Source: a candidate division WOR-3 bacterium
GTDB lineage: Bacteria > Hydrothermota > Hydrothermia > B15-G9 > WFZT01
Assembly (NCBI GenBank): GCA_027053075.1
Contig: JALUEE010000086.1
Location: 1 to 64,000 of the forward strand
DNA: 64,000 nucleotides
Direction: 5' to 3'
Under the pieces are notes generated by a model. It did not search any database. It was not told where the DNA came from and saw nothing but the letters and a program-made list of their open reading frames with translations. The translations under genes and the position numbers were made by a program. Within the stretch, counting starts at the first letter, position 1. Every line of letters starts with the position of its first letter. Positions 19,983-29,649 of the stretch are shown here, in pieces.

Positions 19983-20032
19983 AGATGTTGCCTCTCTCCT
20001 CGCAAGTATTTATGCGGGGGAGAGGAATTTTT
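19983..20032. repeat. REP-like palindrome (degenerate)
   Basis: AGATGTTGCC..CGCAAGTATTTATGCGGGGAGAGG. Confidence 0.75.
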
Positions 20033-20112
20033 GCGTTTGGGAATATTTAGACACACTCAGAGATAGAGAGTGTGTAATTTTTGTCGAAGGGAATTTTAGA
20101 CTGTCCCGATGT

Positions 20113-21270
20113 CTATTTCTGGCTGAAAAACTCGGAAACGATTTTTACTATTCTCTCCGCGGCACGGCCGTCACCGTAGGGATTGATAGCTTTTGCCATA
20201 CTTTCGTATGCCTTTTTATCCCGCAGTAATCGGGATGCTTCGTTGAATATCTTTCCCCGGTCAGTTCCTACAAGTTTTGCAATTCCTGCATCAACCCCTT
20301 CCATTCGTTCTGTAACCTCTCTCATGACCAGAACAGGTTTGCCGAAGGATGGAGCTTCCTCCTGAATTCCACCGGAGTCAGTTAGCACCAGGTAAGATTT
20401 CTCTAAAAGGTATATCAGCGTCGGGTAATCTACAGGATCGATGAGGTGGAGGTTATCCAGATTCCCAAGAATCTCGAATACGGGTTTTCTTACGTTGGGA
20501 TTGAGGTGAACAGGATAGACGATTTCTACCTCGTCTTTGAAGGTAAGAGCGATGTCCTTTAATGCCAGGCAGAGATTTTCAAATGGCTTTCCAAAGCTCT
20601 CCCTTCGGTGGGCAGTAACTAAAATAAGCTTTTTACCGGATTTGATTTTCTCAATAAGGCCGGGTGCTACATTCTCAAGGGACTGCTCTATTTCTCTGTC
20701 GAGCCCTCTGTTTTTAATAATTTCTATGGCCTGAAGATTTGCATCGACCACGGTGTTGCCTGTAACAAAAATCATTTCATCGGGTATCCCCTCATTAAGC
20801 AGGTTTTTTCGGGCGGTTTCAGTAGGCGCGAAATGAAGGTCGGTGAGTCTACCAACGAGTACCCTGTTTATCTCCTCTGGAAACGGAGAGTATTTGTTGT
20901 GACTTCTAAGCCCCGCTTCCACATGTCCAACCGGAATTTTGTAATAGAAGGCGGAAAGGGCACCTGTAAAGGCGGTGGTTGTGTCACCCTGGACGATTAA
21001 AAGGTCGGGTTTCATTTCTTTAAGGGCCTTTTCGTAACCCCTTACGCTGTCCACAGTAATGTCGAAAAGAGTCTGGTTAGGTCTCATTATCTGCATATCG
21101 CAATGTGGCTTAATGCCAAAAAAATTGACGGGCTGGTATAGCATCTCCTGATGCTGTCCGGTGAGGCAGACAACAGTTTCAAACTCCGGATGCTTTTCAA
21201 ATTCCCTTATGACAGGGGCAAGTTTGATTGCTTCTGGTCTTGTCCCAAAAGTTATAAAAATTCTTTTCAT
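20113..21270 (-). CDS. wecB: UDP-N-acetylglucosamine 2-epimerase (non-hydrolysing)
   Basis: FGTRPEAIKLAP, QGDTTT, HVEAGLRS, TDSGGIQEEAP, NPYGDG. Confidence 0.96.
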   Translation of the reverse strand: MKRIFITFGTRPEAIKLAPVIREFEKHPEFETVVCLTGQHQEMLYQPVNFFGIKPHCDMQIMRPNQTLFDITVDSVRGYEKALKEMKPDLLIVQGDTTTAFTGALSAFYYKIPVGHVEAGLRSHNKYSPFPEEINRVLVGRLTDLHFAPTETARKNLLNEGIPDEMIFVTGNTVVDANLQAIEIIKNRGLDREIEQSLENVAPGLIEKIKSGKKLILVTAHRRESFGKPFENLCLALKDIALTFKDEVEIVYPVHLNPNVRKPVFEILGNLDNLHLIDPVDYPTLIYLLEKSYLVLTDSGGIQEEAPSFGKPVLVMREVTERMEGVDAGIAKLVGTDRGKIFNEASRLLRDKKAYESMAKAINPYGDGRAAERIVKIVSEFFSQK

Positions 21271-22847
21271 CGCGAGAAATATTCCTTGAGTTCAGGGAGG
21301 TCCACAGGACTGACAAATGTATACCCCATAGCCTGCAATCCCCTTATTACCTTTTTTAACGATTCTATCCCGTAAAAATGTTCAGCATCGGTGTAGTCTG
21401 CCAGTGAGGGGTGCCAGAAGAATGAGGCAATGCCATCTCTCACTGCGAGAAGGTATCTGGCATGAGCTATCACGCTGTCCGGTGGTCTCACATCATTTAG
21501 ATAATTACTGATGTATCCAAGGTTTTCCGGGATCAGGGTTTCCCCATAAATGTCCCAGTAAATTACATAAGGAAAGAACTGATTTTCGTACATAACTTCG
21601 TCCGGGGATTCCATGTATAAGGCCGGTCTGTGGTAGTTTAGATTAAACATTTTCCCAAATATAAAAAAGTCCATCCTCGAGGCCGCGTAGTGTGGAACTT
21701 CAAAGCCGGACACCGGCAGACCGGCGAGCTGAAACTCCTTTAGGCCCTTCTTTATCCTCTGGTAAACCCACATCATGTTGTCGCCGGGAACAGGTATTTT
21801 TGTGTCAAAGTCAAAATACTCGTAGGCGAGAGCCGAGATATTGTACTTTTGCCATGTTGTTATATCCTGCTGATGCGACGTACCATGCATAAAAATATAT
21901 CCCCCGTGGTTTACAGCATATTTTAAAACTTCTACAAGGCCTTTAGCCTCATGGAGATAAACAACTTTGTCGTTATAGGGATTTTTGTAAATGGGGATTA
22001 CTGCCATGGCAAAGGGAATATTATGAGAATATAGGTACTTAACGACTTTTCTTAACTTTGAGGGTTCAAGGGTAGGATCAATGTCTTCGAGTCTCACAAG
22101 GGCTCTGGGTGGATAAGAATGTTGTTGATTGAGCATATCATGGAGTAAATCGCAAAAAATGGTGTATGGAGTATAAGTTGCAATAAAAGACATAGGGTCA
22201 CCTGCAACGTACCAGAAATTGTTTACCCGTATGATGTAAGGTATCTCGTCCCTCCTGGGCCTTCCATATCCCCACCATTTTATAGTTGCAATAACCTCTG
22301 CTTTTGAAGAGTCGAGAATATGGGTGACAGCTACTTCAGGGTCCCACTCCGGCTCTTTCTTTCCCGGGTAAACCTTAAACCACTTCTGGAAATTTACACC
22401 TTTATATGTGACATTTCTGTAGAAGCCGGCTTTACCATTGACAAAGTAACCGATAGACAGGGAATCCATTACGAAACCGAATCGATCCCGCATATTGGCT
22501 CCAACTTCAAAAGAGAAGTTGTTTATATTCTTTTTAAACCACACCACAGGTTTTTTATATCTAAGCAGGTCCTTTAAGAAATCTGGATTTATGTAAGAGT
22601 TATCCACTTCTCCCATGTAAAAGACAGCATCAAAATTAAAGATATCACCCTTTGTGTACTCATTTGTAGGCTCATGATAGTATATGAATTTAAAGTGGCC
22701 AAGTAGATTCTCCAGCTCATACAGATCGAGTACATAGTAGGAGTACTCTGACTTGGGGGATGCAATCGGATCGAAGAGAATTAGTGCATTCCCTTTAATC
22801 TGTGACGGTTTGATTACGCTAAAAAGAATAAGTAAAAGTTTAAACAT
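21267..22847 (-). CDS. DUF2334-type polysaccharide deacetylase-like protein, exported
   Basis: RLEDIDP, MHGTSHQ, FEVPHY, SFFWHP motifs; N-terminal signal-like segment. Confidence 0.78.
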   Translation of the reverse strand: MFKLLLILFSVIKPSQIKGNALILFDPIASPKSEYSYYVLDLYELENLLGHFKFIYYHEPTNEYTKGDIFNFDAVFYMGEVDNSYINPDFLKDLLRYKKPVVWFKKNINNFSFEVGANMRDRFGFVMDSLSIGYFVNGKAGFYRNVTYKGVNFQKWFKVYPGKKEPEWDPEVAVTHILDSSKAEVIATIKWWGYGRPRRDEIPYIIRVNNFWYVAGDPMSFIATYTPYTIFCDLLHDMLNQQHSYPPRALVRLEDIDPTLEPSKLRKVVKYLYSHNIPFAMAVIPIYKNPYNDKVVYLHEAKGLVEVLKYAVNHGGYIFMHGTSHQQDITTWQKYNISALAYEYFDFDTKIPVPGDNMMWVYQRIKKGLKEFQLAGLPVSGFEVPHYAASRMDFFIFGKMFNLNYHRPALYMESPDEVMYENQFFPYVIYWDIYGETLIPENLGYISNYLNDVRPPDSVIAHARYLLAVRDGIASFFWHPSLADYTDAEHFYGIESLKKVIRGLQAMGYTFVSPVDLPELKEYFSR

Positions 22848-22851
22848 TTTA

Positions 22852-24042
22852 TCACCTCGCTATATAAAACCCAAATCTAAAGTCCCAGTAGGAATTGGAA
22901 TTGTATGGATTTGGTTCGCCTGATTCAATACCTGCATAGTAGCCCCTGACGAGTTTAGTAAAAAATACCAGCCAGTAAACATATGTCAAATCAATTTCGG
23001 GACCGATTTCGGAGAGGTTGTTGTAGTATAATTTCCTCCTGTCTCTTAAGAACTTAAAGTAAATTGAGGGCTCGAGGGTGAATTTCCCGAATTTTTTCTG
23101 ATAACCAGTATTAGTCTCTATGTCGAGGGTGACGTTGTTATCCACACGTTTTTCATAATTTACCTCTGAATAGAGGGAGAAAATGAGGTTTCCTAATTTG
23201 CCCATAGAGTGAATCCAATCTTTGCTCAGGAAAGCCAGAAGCTGGTAATTTGTTCCTTCCATCACGGGCTTCCATATTTTCACCCTTTTGTAGTAACCAT
23301 AATAGGCGAATACGGATATAAGATAGCGCCAGCTCCAGGCAAGTCCCAGGTAGGTGAAGATATGGTCGTCTTCGTAAACATTTGTTCTTCCAGACCTCGA
23401 GTCGTATAAAAACCGAACACCCGCAAGAGGTTTTATCCCCCAGAGATTACCCAGATAAATGTTGAGCCTTGTATCTGAATCGACGAAATTTTCACGTGCG
23501 GTGTAGTAGGTGCCCCAGTAAAAACTGTATGTAAATGGTGTGTAGTGGGTGGTTTCAAGGTAATGGGTCATCACCTGACGAATGCTATCATTCAAGGTCA
23601 CCTTTAGCACCCTTTCCGCTATTTTGCGTTTTTCCTTAACATTGTCCTCGTAGAGGTCGAAAAGGGTTAGCAGAAGGTCCTCATTGTAGGGAAATTTTTT
23701 CAGCACTTTTTTAAACATCTTTATGGCCTTGCCGGTTTTACCGATCTCGAGCAGAAAATAGCCATAATCCGTGTAGTAGTAGGCAGCTGCAGGCTTGAAT
23801 TTCATCAGCTTTTCGAAGAAGTATTTTGCTTTTTTATAGTACTTCCTATTCCAATAGTAGTAGGCTGAGTCTCCATAGATACTGACAGAATCAGGATTTG
23901 AGGCAGCTTTGAAAAGTTTTTTATAAATCCTCACTGGGGGACGCCTTAAATGAACGTTTTTATAGTACTGGGGCGGTGGAACCTCCTTCAATGGCTGTGG
24001 GGTTTGAGAAAATATTAAAATAGAAATGAAAAATCCTGTCAT
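22852..24042 (-). CDS. TPR + outer-membrane beta-barrel protein (NfrA/YaiO-like export role)
   Basis: Signal peptide, TPR-like helices, alternating aromatic strands in C-terminal half; operon position. Confidence 0.6.
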   Translation of the reverse strand: MTGFFISILIFSQTPQPLKEVPPPQYYKNVHLRRPPVRIYKKLFKAASNPDSVSIYGDSAYYYWNRKYYKKAKYFFEKLMKFKPAAAYYYTDYGYFLLEIGKTGKAIKMFKKVLKKFPYNEDLLLTLFDLYEDNVKEKRKIAERVLKVTLNDSIRQVMTHYLETTHYTPFTYSFYWGTYYTARENFVDSDTRLNIYLGNLWGIKPLAGVRFLYDSRSGRTNVYEDDHIFTYLGLAWSWRYLISVFAYYGYYKRVKIWKPVMEGTNYQLLAFLSKDWIHSMGKLGNLIFSLYSEVNYEKRVDNNVTLDIETNTGYQKKFGKFTLEPSIYFKFLRDRRKLYYNNLSEIGPEIDLTYVYWLVFFTKLVRGYYAGIESGEPNPYNSNSYWDFRFGFYIAR

Positions 24043-26135
24043 TTTTTAATTTTTTTAAGTGATTTCCTTTTTTGTCGAGAAGGAAAACCTGGTTTCTCGG
24101 GGTTAATTTGTGATCCTGGAGTAATGGTCTTTAAACGTTTTCTCGATCTTATAATTTTTTTAAAGCCAATGACGATGAAACGCAAAAGTGTGAGTGCAAT
24201 GAAAATACCTATTAGAACAAGCGGGATTATGATCAGGAGTTTATAGTAATTCTGCAGGAAGAAATACCTCATATCGAACTTGGCTTTTTGCGGTCCCCAG
24301 TAACTGGTGCGCCTCGTCAATTTGCAATTCGTTATGTCACCCTCCGTATTCAAAGTTGCAAGATTTCCATAGGCTGCATTTAATTTTTCCGGAGATCTAA
24401 AAAGTTTAACAAATACTGATGCATTTTCTGGAGTGCTATAAGAGAGATAAAGGTAAGCATTTCTTTCTTTGCCAACATCTTCGTAAATGAAGGGTTGGGG
24501 GGCTTTGGCAGGATGGAAATTCCCTATCATTACGGCATTTTGTGATAGTTGTCTTATCCCATTGAGCGTTTCTTCTGTGAGGAGAGGAACCTCTGGAAAA
24601 ACCTGCTTAGACCCTATAAATCTGAGGAATTCAAGATAAATCTTAAAATTATTCTGGTTTAACTTATCCAGCACAATATAAGTTTTCTTTTTGTAAGGAG
24701 AATAGCCAAAGGGAAAGGCATAATATTTCAAATAAGCTAAATTAGGCATTTCGATTATCCACTTACGCGTCATTTTGAAAAGAGTTTTAGGCAGGATTTC
24801 TACCCATAGTAAAGATGAGTCTTCAAGGGGTACTTTGGGGACGGTTTTAAATTCAAACTTGATTCTGTTCTCAGGTTTTAGGCTCTGCCAGGGAATAACC
24901 ACTTCTTTTCCTGAATCTGAGCAAGGACCAATATAACTTTCGTCAAAGAGCAATTCCCCATCTATCGTGATTTTTAATTTACTCTTTCGAAGATTTACGA
25001 ATTGGGAAGTTTTCATATAAAGTCTCATAATCTGAGAGTATGGGAGAAAATTCATACCTGGGAGAAATCGAAGCGGTAAATAAAATGTATTTTTCCCCCC
25101 GTAGAATTTAGCAGAGCCTTTATATACGTCAGAAAAGTAAAAATATTCGGGATCCTGTCCAAGAATGATGGGTTTTCTATTGAATTTTATAAATCCGGGT
25201 TCTATAAGCTCTAAATTCGTGACGAAGTCTTTACCCCTTTCAATGAGGGCAATAGCTGCATTCAAAACCGCATTGTCTGAGTTTCCAGTGATAATAAGTA
25301 CCGGGTAACCATTCGCGTTATTGGAAGTGATGATTATCCCCATATCATCCGGAATCTTTGCCCCGTTACTTTGAGCCCAGTAGTAGCTTGTATCACTTTG
25401 TTTCAGGATTAACTGTGAGGATAGCCTTATCACTTCCTGGAGAGTTGGATCAAAATACTGCTCATCTGGCGTACCAACAATTATACTTATACCTTTACGG
25501 ATACTCCCCACGTCGTTTGTGATATCTATAATGGGGAAATCTTTCTCAGTGCGTGAGGCAAGGTCCTCAAGAATGTATGATAAGCCGACAGACGTTACAG
25601 GACTAAGTTTTTCTGGCAGCTGGAAATATACAATTCTGTCCGGGTTGTAGTCTTCACTAAGTATAAACTCTGGATATCTACTAATTATGTAAGGGGTGGC
25701 AAGGTAATTTATCAACCCCTTTATGTACATGTTGTTAATGTCAATATAACCGATGCAGTTTGTAGCAAGTGATTTTAAAGAGACAGATATTTCGATAACG
25801 GTCAAACTTTTTAGCAAATACGTAGGAATTGGCACAGTAAGTTCACCACCATGAGTGTCAAGGTTGAAAAAACCGATAAAATCTCCATTAACGGCGAGTC
25901 CTAATTTAAGAGGGACTTCGCAGTTAAGTACACTGTAATCGATAACAAGGTAGGCCTTACTGAATGATTCTGCTGAATAAGTCAAATGGAAGCTCCGCTT
26001 GGCATAGTCATTGGGTAAATTCAATCTAATAAGAGATTTCGTACCCTTTTTATAGAGAGTAAAATCACGCCATGCAAACTGAGCATGTACTACACTTGAG
26101 GATAATATTAAAAGTAAAAAAAATCTAAATTTCAG
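24039..26135 (-). CDS. BcsB-like co-polymerase subunit; probable CTG start
   Basis: PNLAYLKYYAFPF, PVLIITGNS, C-terminal TM plus basic tail; frame stays open upstream of 26024 to CTG at 26135 adding a signal peptide. Confidence 0.7.
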   Translation of the reverse strand: MKFRFFLLLILSSSVVHAQFAWRDFTLYKKGTKSLIRLNLPNDYAKRSFHLTYSAESFSKAYLVIDYSVLNCEVPLKLGLAVNGDFIGFFNLDTHGGELTVPIPTYLLKSLTVIEISVSLKSLATNCIGYIDINNMYIKGLINYLATPYIISRYPEFILSEDYNPDRIVYFQLPEKLSPVTSVGLSYILEDLASRTEKDFPIIDITNDVGSIRKGISIIVGTPDEQYFDPTLQEVIRLSSQLILKQSDTSYYWAQSNGAKIPDDMGIIITSNNANGYPVLIITGNSDNAVLNAAIALIERGKDFVTNLELIEPGFIKFNRKPIILGQDPEYFYFSDVYKGSAKFYGGKNTFYLPLRFLPGMNFLPYSQIMRLYMKTSQFVNLRKSKLKITIDGELLFDESYIGPCSDSGKEVVIPWQSLKPENRIKFEFKTVPKVPLEDSSLLWVEILPKTLFKMTRKWIIEMPNLAYLKYYAFPFGYSPYKKKTYIVLDKLNQNNFKIYLEFLRFIGSKQVFPEVPLLTEETLNGIRQLSQNAVMIGNFHPAKAPQPFIYEDVGKERNAYLYLSYSTPENASVFVKLFRSPEKLNAAYGNLATLNTEGDITNCKLTRRTSYWGPQKAKFDMRYFFLQNYYKLLIIIPLVLIGIFIALTLLRFIVIGFKKIIRSRKRLKTITPGSQINPEKPGFPSRQKRKSLKKIKK

Positions 26136-28195
26136 ATTCTCCTCCTTGTGAGTTTTTTCCCGATTTTTTTGAAATGAGGAGTAACGGAAGTGCCAAAGAT
26201 TTCGTCCATCACATCTTTAAATGATATATTGGATAGGTCGTCAAAATTGAGATTTTCTAACTCTTGCCATAGGCCATTATTTTGTTCTACCTCAAATTCA
26301 TCAAGGCCACTATCTTTTAATTTCTTTGTTAATACCAGAAGCTTGGGTTCCGCAAAAGATTCTACAAAGTATCTAAATTCTGATTTTGAAATAATTGTGG
26401 GCACAACAACTTTGCCCAGTTTTTCCGAAACTTCTTTTATCAGCTTATCTGATGGAGGTTCAACAAATCCCACTTCTATAAAGTTTTCAGTCTCCCTCAG
26501 AGGCAATAAGTGATTCTGGGAGATGAATTCCCCACCAAGTTTCTCAATTAAATGCTGAGGCAGGTCATCTGGTAATTCTTCAATAAATTCAAGTCCCTGC
26601 TGAATGGCGAGAAATTTTGAAATCTGGTCCTCAGACAGTAGGCCCATTTCAACGAGGATTTCCCCAAGCTTCCTTTTTGACTTTTTCTGAATATTAAGAG
26701 CGTGCTCAAGATGCTCCTTTGTGATAACCTTCTGCTCAAGTAAGAGTTCACCAAGACGTTTCTTGTAAGCTGTAAGCTGCTCCGTCCTCGGGAATTGATG
26801 GGTTGTTTTAGCCCATGTAAGTGGTTTATTGAACACTTTATAGGCGATATACCTAACGAGCGCGTTGTAAACAGCAAGGAAATTTATGAGATTAAGCCAT
26901 GGAACTCGTAATACACTGTATAGCCCTTGCTTGAATCCATAGATCACAGTAACGGCATAAACTTTCATAAGCAGGCGCTCGAATAACATTACGGTGTTGA
27001 AAAATATAACCCACCAAATGAAACCTTCGCCAGGAATGAATCTTGATAAGTTCCACCCTGTATGAAGGAGTTTCCCAAGTAAAACGTAAGTCCATCCAGA
27101 TATAAATAAGACATTGGTCAAAAAACTAATTATAGATGACCATACACCCTTACGGTCTTTATAAAGGTAGAATTTGTCTATTGCTTTGCCACGCCATTTG
27201 ATTTTCTCAGTTCCCTGAAAGATTATTCCCAACATCCACCTTGTTTTCTGCCTAATAGCTGCCGAAAACTTAAACGGGAAGTATTCTCTTGTTGCAATAA
27301 AATCATTTTTGTACTCAAAATGTTTACGCAAAAATCCAGGTAAAATTTTTATCCATTTTGAGTGTCGTTTTACCCGAATCACACGTTTGAGTAGGACCTG
27401 TTTGCCGCCGATATCTTTGATATGTTTGCCTACTACATAGTCTTCAGTAAGCGAATCAGTATCAAAAAGCAGATTGTTTTTCTCCTTCGCAAGCCTTTCG
27501 AGAATTCTGCGTGAAAAAGCTGTTCCGACACCAGCCGATGGAACAAATCCACCAAGAACATACCTTACATAAATTTCTTTTAAATGGTGCTCTGCAAATT
27601 CATCCATATAGGTGCCAGCAGTGAAGTTCCTGAAAGGTACCTCGAGAGAGAAAACAGGAATTTGAATCATGTCATACTCATCGGCAAGATAGTTGACAAG
27701 TTTTAGCGATAAAGGATGAATAATGTCTTCTGCATCGTGCATGAGGACAACATCAAACTTTTTACCGGTATTTTGCTCGTATTTGAGCATATTCTGATAT
27801 ATCCAGTTTAGATTATCTGCCTTATTTGTCGGTCCGTCGTGTGGTACCAGTGCCATGTGGACATTGGGATAAATTCTTTCGACTTTGGCCACCTTCATCT
27901 TAGTATCGAAATCGTTGGGATAGACACCAATGAATATGTGGTAATTCGTGTAGGCGATGGAACTTACATTGTGTTTGATCATGTCTTCTATAACTTCTGC
28001 TTCACGCCACGCAGGAAGAAAAATGGATATGGATTTTTCCGGTACATTACCAAGTTCCTCCAGATCAATCTTTATTTTTTCACCATTGATGGTTCTTAAA
28101 ATGAAATACAATATATCTGAAAAGAGGTCATCTAATCCTCCAATAAAAACGCCCCAAATTGTGATATACACGAGTGCGAAGATTATTCCATGCAT
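26132..28195 (-). CDS. nfrB: NfrB-like GT2 polysaccharide synthase with tandem MshEN c-di-GMP-binding motifs
   Basis: PAWRE, HDGPTNKADNLN, HDAED, PSAGVG, SLTEDY, QKTRW, WAKTTH; RLGELLL..ALNIQ and KLGEILV..LAIQ. Confidence 0.9.
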   Translation of the reverse strand: MHGIIFALVYITIWGVFIGGLDDLFSDILYFILRTINGEKIKIDLEELGNVPEKSISIFLPAWREAEVIEDMIKHNVSSIAYTNYHIFIGVYPNDFDTKMKVAKVERIYPNVHMALVPHDGPTNKADNLNWIYQNMLKYEQNTGKKFDVVLMHDAEDIIHPLSLKLVNYLADEYDMIQIPVFSLEVPFRNFTAGTYMDEFAEHHLKEIYVRYVLGGFVPSAGVGTAFSRRILERLAKEKNNLLFDTDSLTEDYVVGKHIKDIGGKQVLLKRVIRVKRHSKWIKILPGFLRKHFEYKNDFIATREYFPFKFSAAIRQKTRWMLGIIFQGTEKIKWRGKAIDKFYLYKDRKGVWSSIISFLTNVLFISGWTYVLLGKLLHTGWNLSRFIPGEGFIWWVIFFNTVMLFERLLMKVYAVTVIYGFKQGLYSVLRVPWLNLINFLAVYNALVRYIAYKVFNKPLTWAKTTHQFPRTEQLTAYKKRLGELLLEQKVITKEHLEHALNIQKKSKRKLGEILVEMGLLSEDQISKFLAIQQGLEFIEELPDDLPQHLIEKLGGEFISQNHLLPLRETENFIEVGFVEPPSDKLIKEVSEKLGKVVVPTIISKSEFRYFVESFAEPKLLVLTKKLKDSGLDEFEVEQNNGLWQELENLNFDDLSNISFKDVMDEIFGTSVTPHFKKIGKKLTRRRI

Positions 28196-28199
28196 GATA

Positions 28200-28580
28200 T
28201 TATAAATTTACCTCAATTTTACCATTTTTAACAATGTAGTCAAGCCTTTTAAGATTTTTTCTTGCGGGACCGTGGATGACGGTTCCATTAATAGTAAACT
28301 CACTACCGTGGCAAGGGCATTTAAAGATACCTGCTTCTCGATCATATTTCAGTATACACCCAAGATGCGTGCAATGTGAGCTATAAACCCAGTAAGTATC
28401 ATTTTCACGCCATACAATAACGCCATCTATTACTGAGGGCTTTGTGCTCACCTGAGCCATAGGAATACTCAATTTCTGGCGCTTTTTCAGCGAGAATGAA
28501 ATAAAATCCCAGATGAGTTTTCCACTTATTAAAAAAATTAAGAAACCAAATATGCGGGATAAAAAATCACGTCGATTCAT
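28200..28580 (-). CDS. Small Tat-exported Rieske [2Fe-2S] protein
   Basis: MNRRDFL twin-arginine motif, TM helix, CTHLGC and CPCHGS. Confidence 0.9.
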   Translation of the reverse strand: MNRRDFLSRIFGFLIFLISGKLIWDFISFSLKKRQKLSIPMAQVSTKPSVIDGVIVWRENDTYWVYSSHCTHLGCILKYDREAGIFKCPCHGSEFTINGTVIHGPARKNLKRLDYIVKNGKIEVNL

Positions 28581-28863
28581 TCTTTACAATCTTTTTATTC
28601 CTAAATCATTCTAATCAGGAAAAGTGTGAATCTTTCACCTATATTGGAGTACCGACCAGAAAAATCTTCGAAATTATATACGTTAGCCCTCCGAAAAATC
28701 TATGTTTGTGCTGGAGAACAAATATTTGTTAATAACACAAAAAATTAGAAATTGGCCTGTTGATAAATACAAACTAAGATACTTATGAAACCCATGGAAT
28801 TTCCACAATAAAGGTCAAATACACCTCTTCTTATTGCCCATGTTTACAAAAATTCTGATTTAT

Positions 28864-29571
28864 CTATTTCATGAAAATGATTTTTCGCCTTAAAACAATT
28901 TTCCCTTTGTGTGTAATAGATAGAACATGTATTCCCAGAGACAAATTTTTGATTGTTATAGAACTACTTCGGGTGTGAATCTTCTTTTCAAGTCTTCCAT
29001 CAATACTATAAATATTTGCTGTGAATCCATCAGTAAAATTTGAGGACACGGTTACCTCATGCCCTATGTTTTGGCGAAGAGTTACTATTGGGAGGCTGGT
29101 TTGCTCTTCTATGCCAACAGGGGTTACGGTAATTGAGCCCGAATCCACTGTTAAAGGGATCGAGTCTGATACTGGATCAAGTAGATAGCATCTATCTATG
29201 TAAATGTTTACTACGGTAGTGGTATCGGGATTGCCCACCAGAAATTTTATATAAAAAAGAACTCCACTCCCCACTGGAATTGATCCACCCCACATAGAAA
29301 TATTGATCGTCAAATTTGTAGAGTCATAGGTGAAAGCTACGCCCCAGTCACTTATGAGGTCACCGGGAACAACTTGAATAGGATGTATTAATGGAACAGT
29401 TATAGATATCCAGAAATGGCCTGCAGTAACAGAGTCTGAAGCATTTATGTTGCTCACGAATACCGGATAGTTTAAAGTATCTCCTCCAGATGCTGTCATC
29501 TCAGGTAAAGATATATTTATTGTGGCAAACAGGGGTAGCGAAATAATAAGAGGTAGAAGTAATTTTTTCAT
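28864..29571 (-). CDS. Secreted cohesin-like domain protein with T9SS-like tail
   Basis: Signal peptide; ISLPEMTASGGDTLNYPVFV..GSGVLFYIKF..GSITV; tail IYSIDGRL...GIHVL...RKIIFMK. Confidence 0.6.
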   Translation of the reverse strand: MKKLLLPLIISLPLFATINISLPEMTASGGDTLNYPVFVSNINASDSVTAGHFWISITVPLIHPIQVVPGDLISDWGVAFTYDSTNLTINISMWGGSIPVGSGVLFYIKFLVGNPDTTTVVNIYIDRCYLLDPVSDSIPLTVDSGSITVTPVGIEEQTSLPIVTLRQNIGHEVTVSSNFTDGFTANIYSIDGRLEKKIHTRSSSITIKNLSLGIHVLSITHKGKIVLRRKIIFMK

Positions 29572-29589
29572 GATTGTCTCCTGTTTTAA

Positions 29590-29628
29590 AACGGGGCGGG
29601 GAGTGATGAAATCACTCCCCGCCCCGTT
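29590..29628 (-). terminator. Hairpin between the two T9SS-tailed genes
   Basis: 18-bp perfect stem, GAA loop, T tracts on both sides. Confidence 0.7.
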
Positions 29629-29649
29629 CTCTTTTAATAAAACACACCC

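Noticed and set aside
28625..28639. TGTGAA-TCT-TTCACC resembling a Rex or CRP site upstream of the Rieske gene
   Set aside because: Spacer one base too short for either consensus
28581..28863. Possible c-di-GMP riboswitch ahead of the EPS operon
   Set aside because: No recognisable GEMM stems by eye; a covariance search would be decisive
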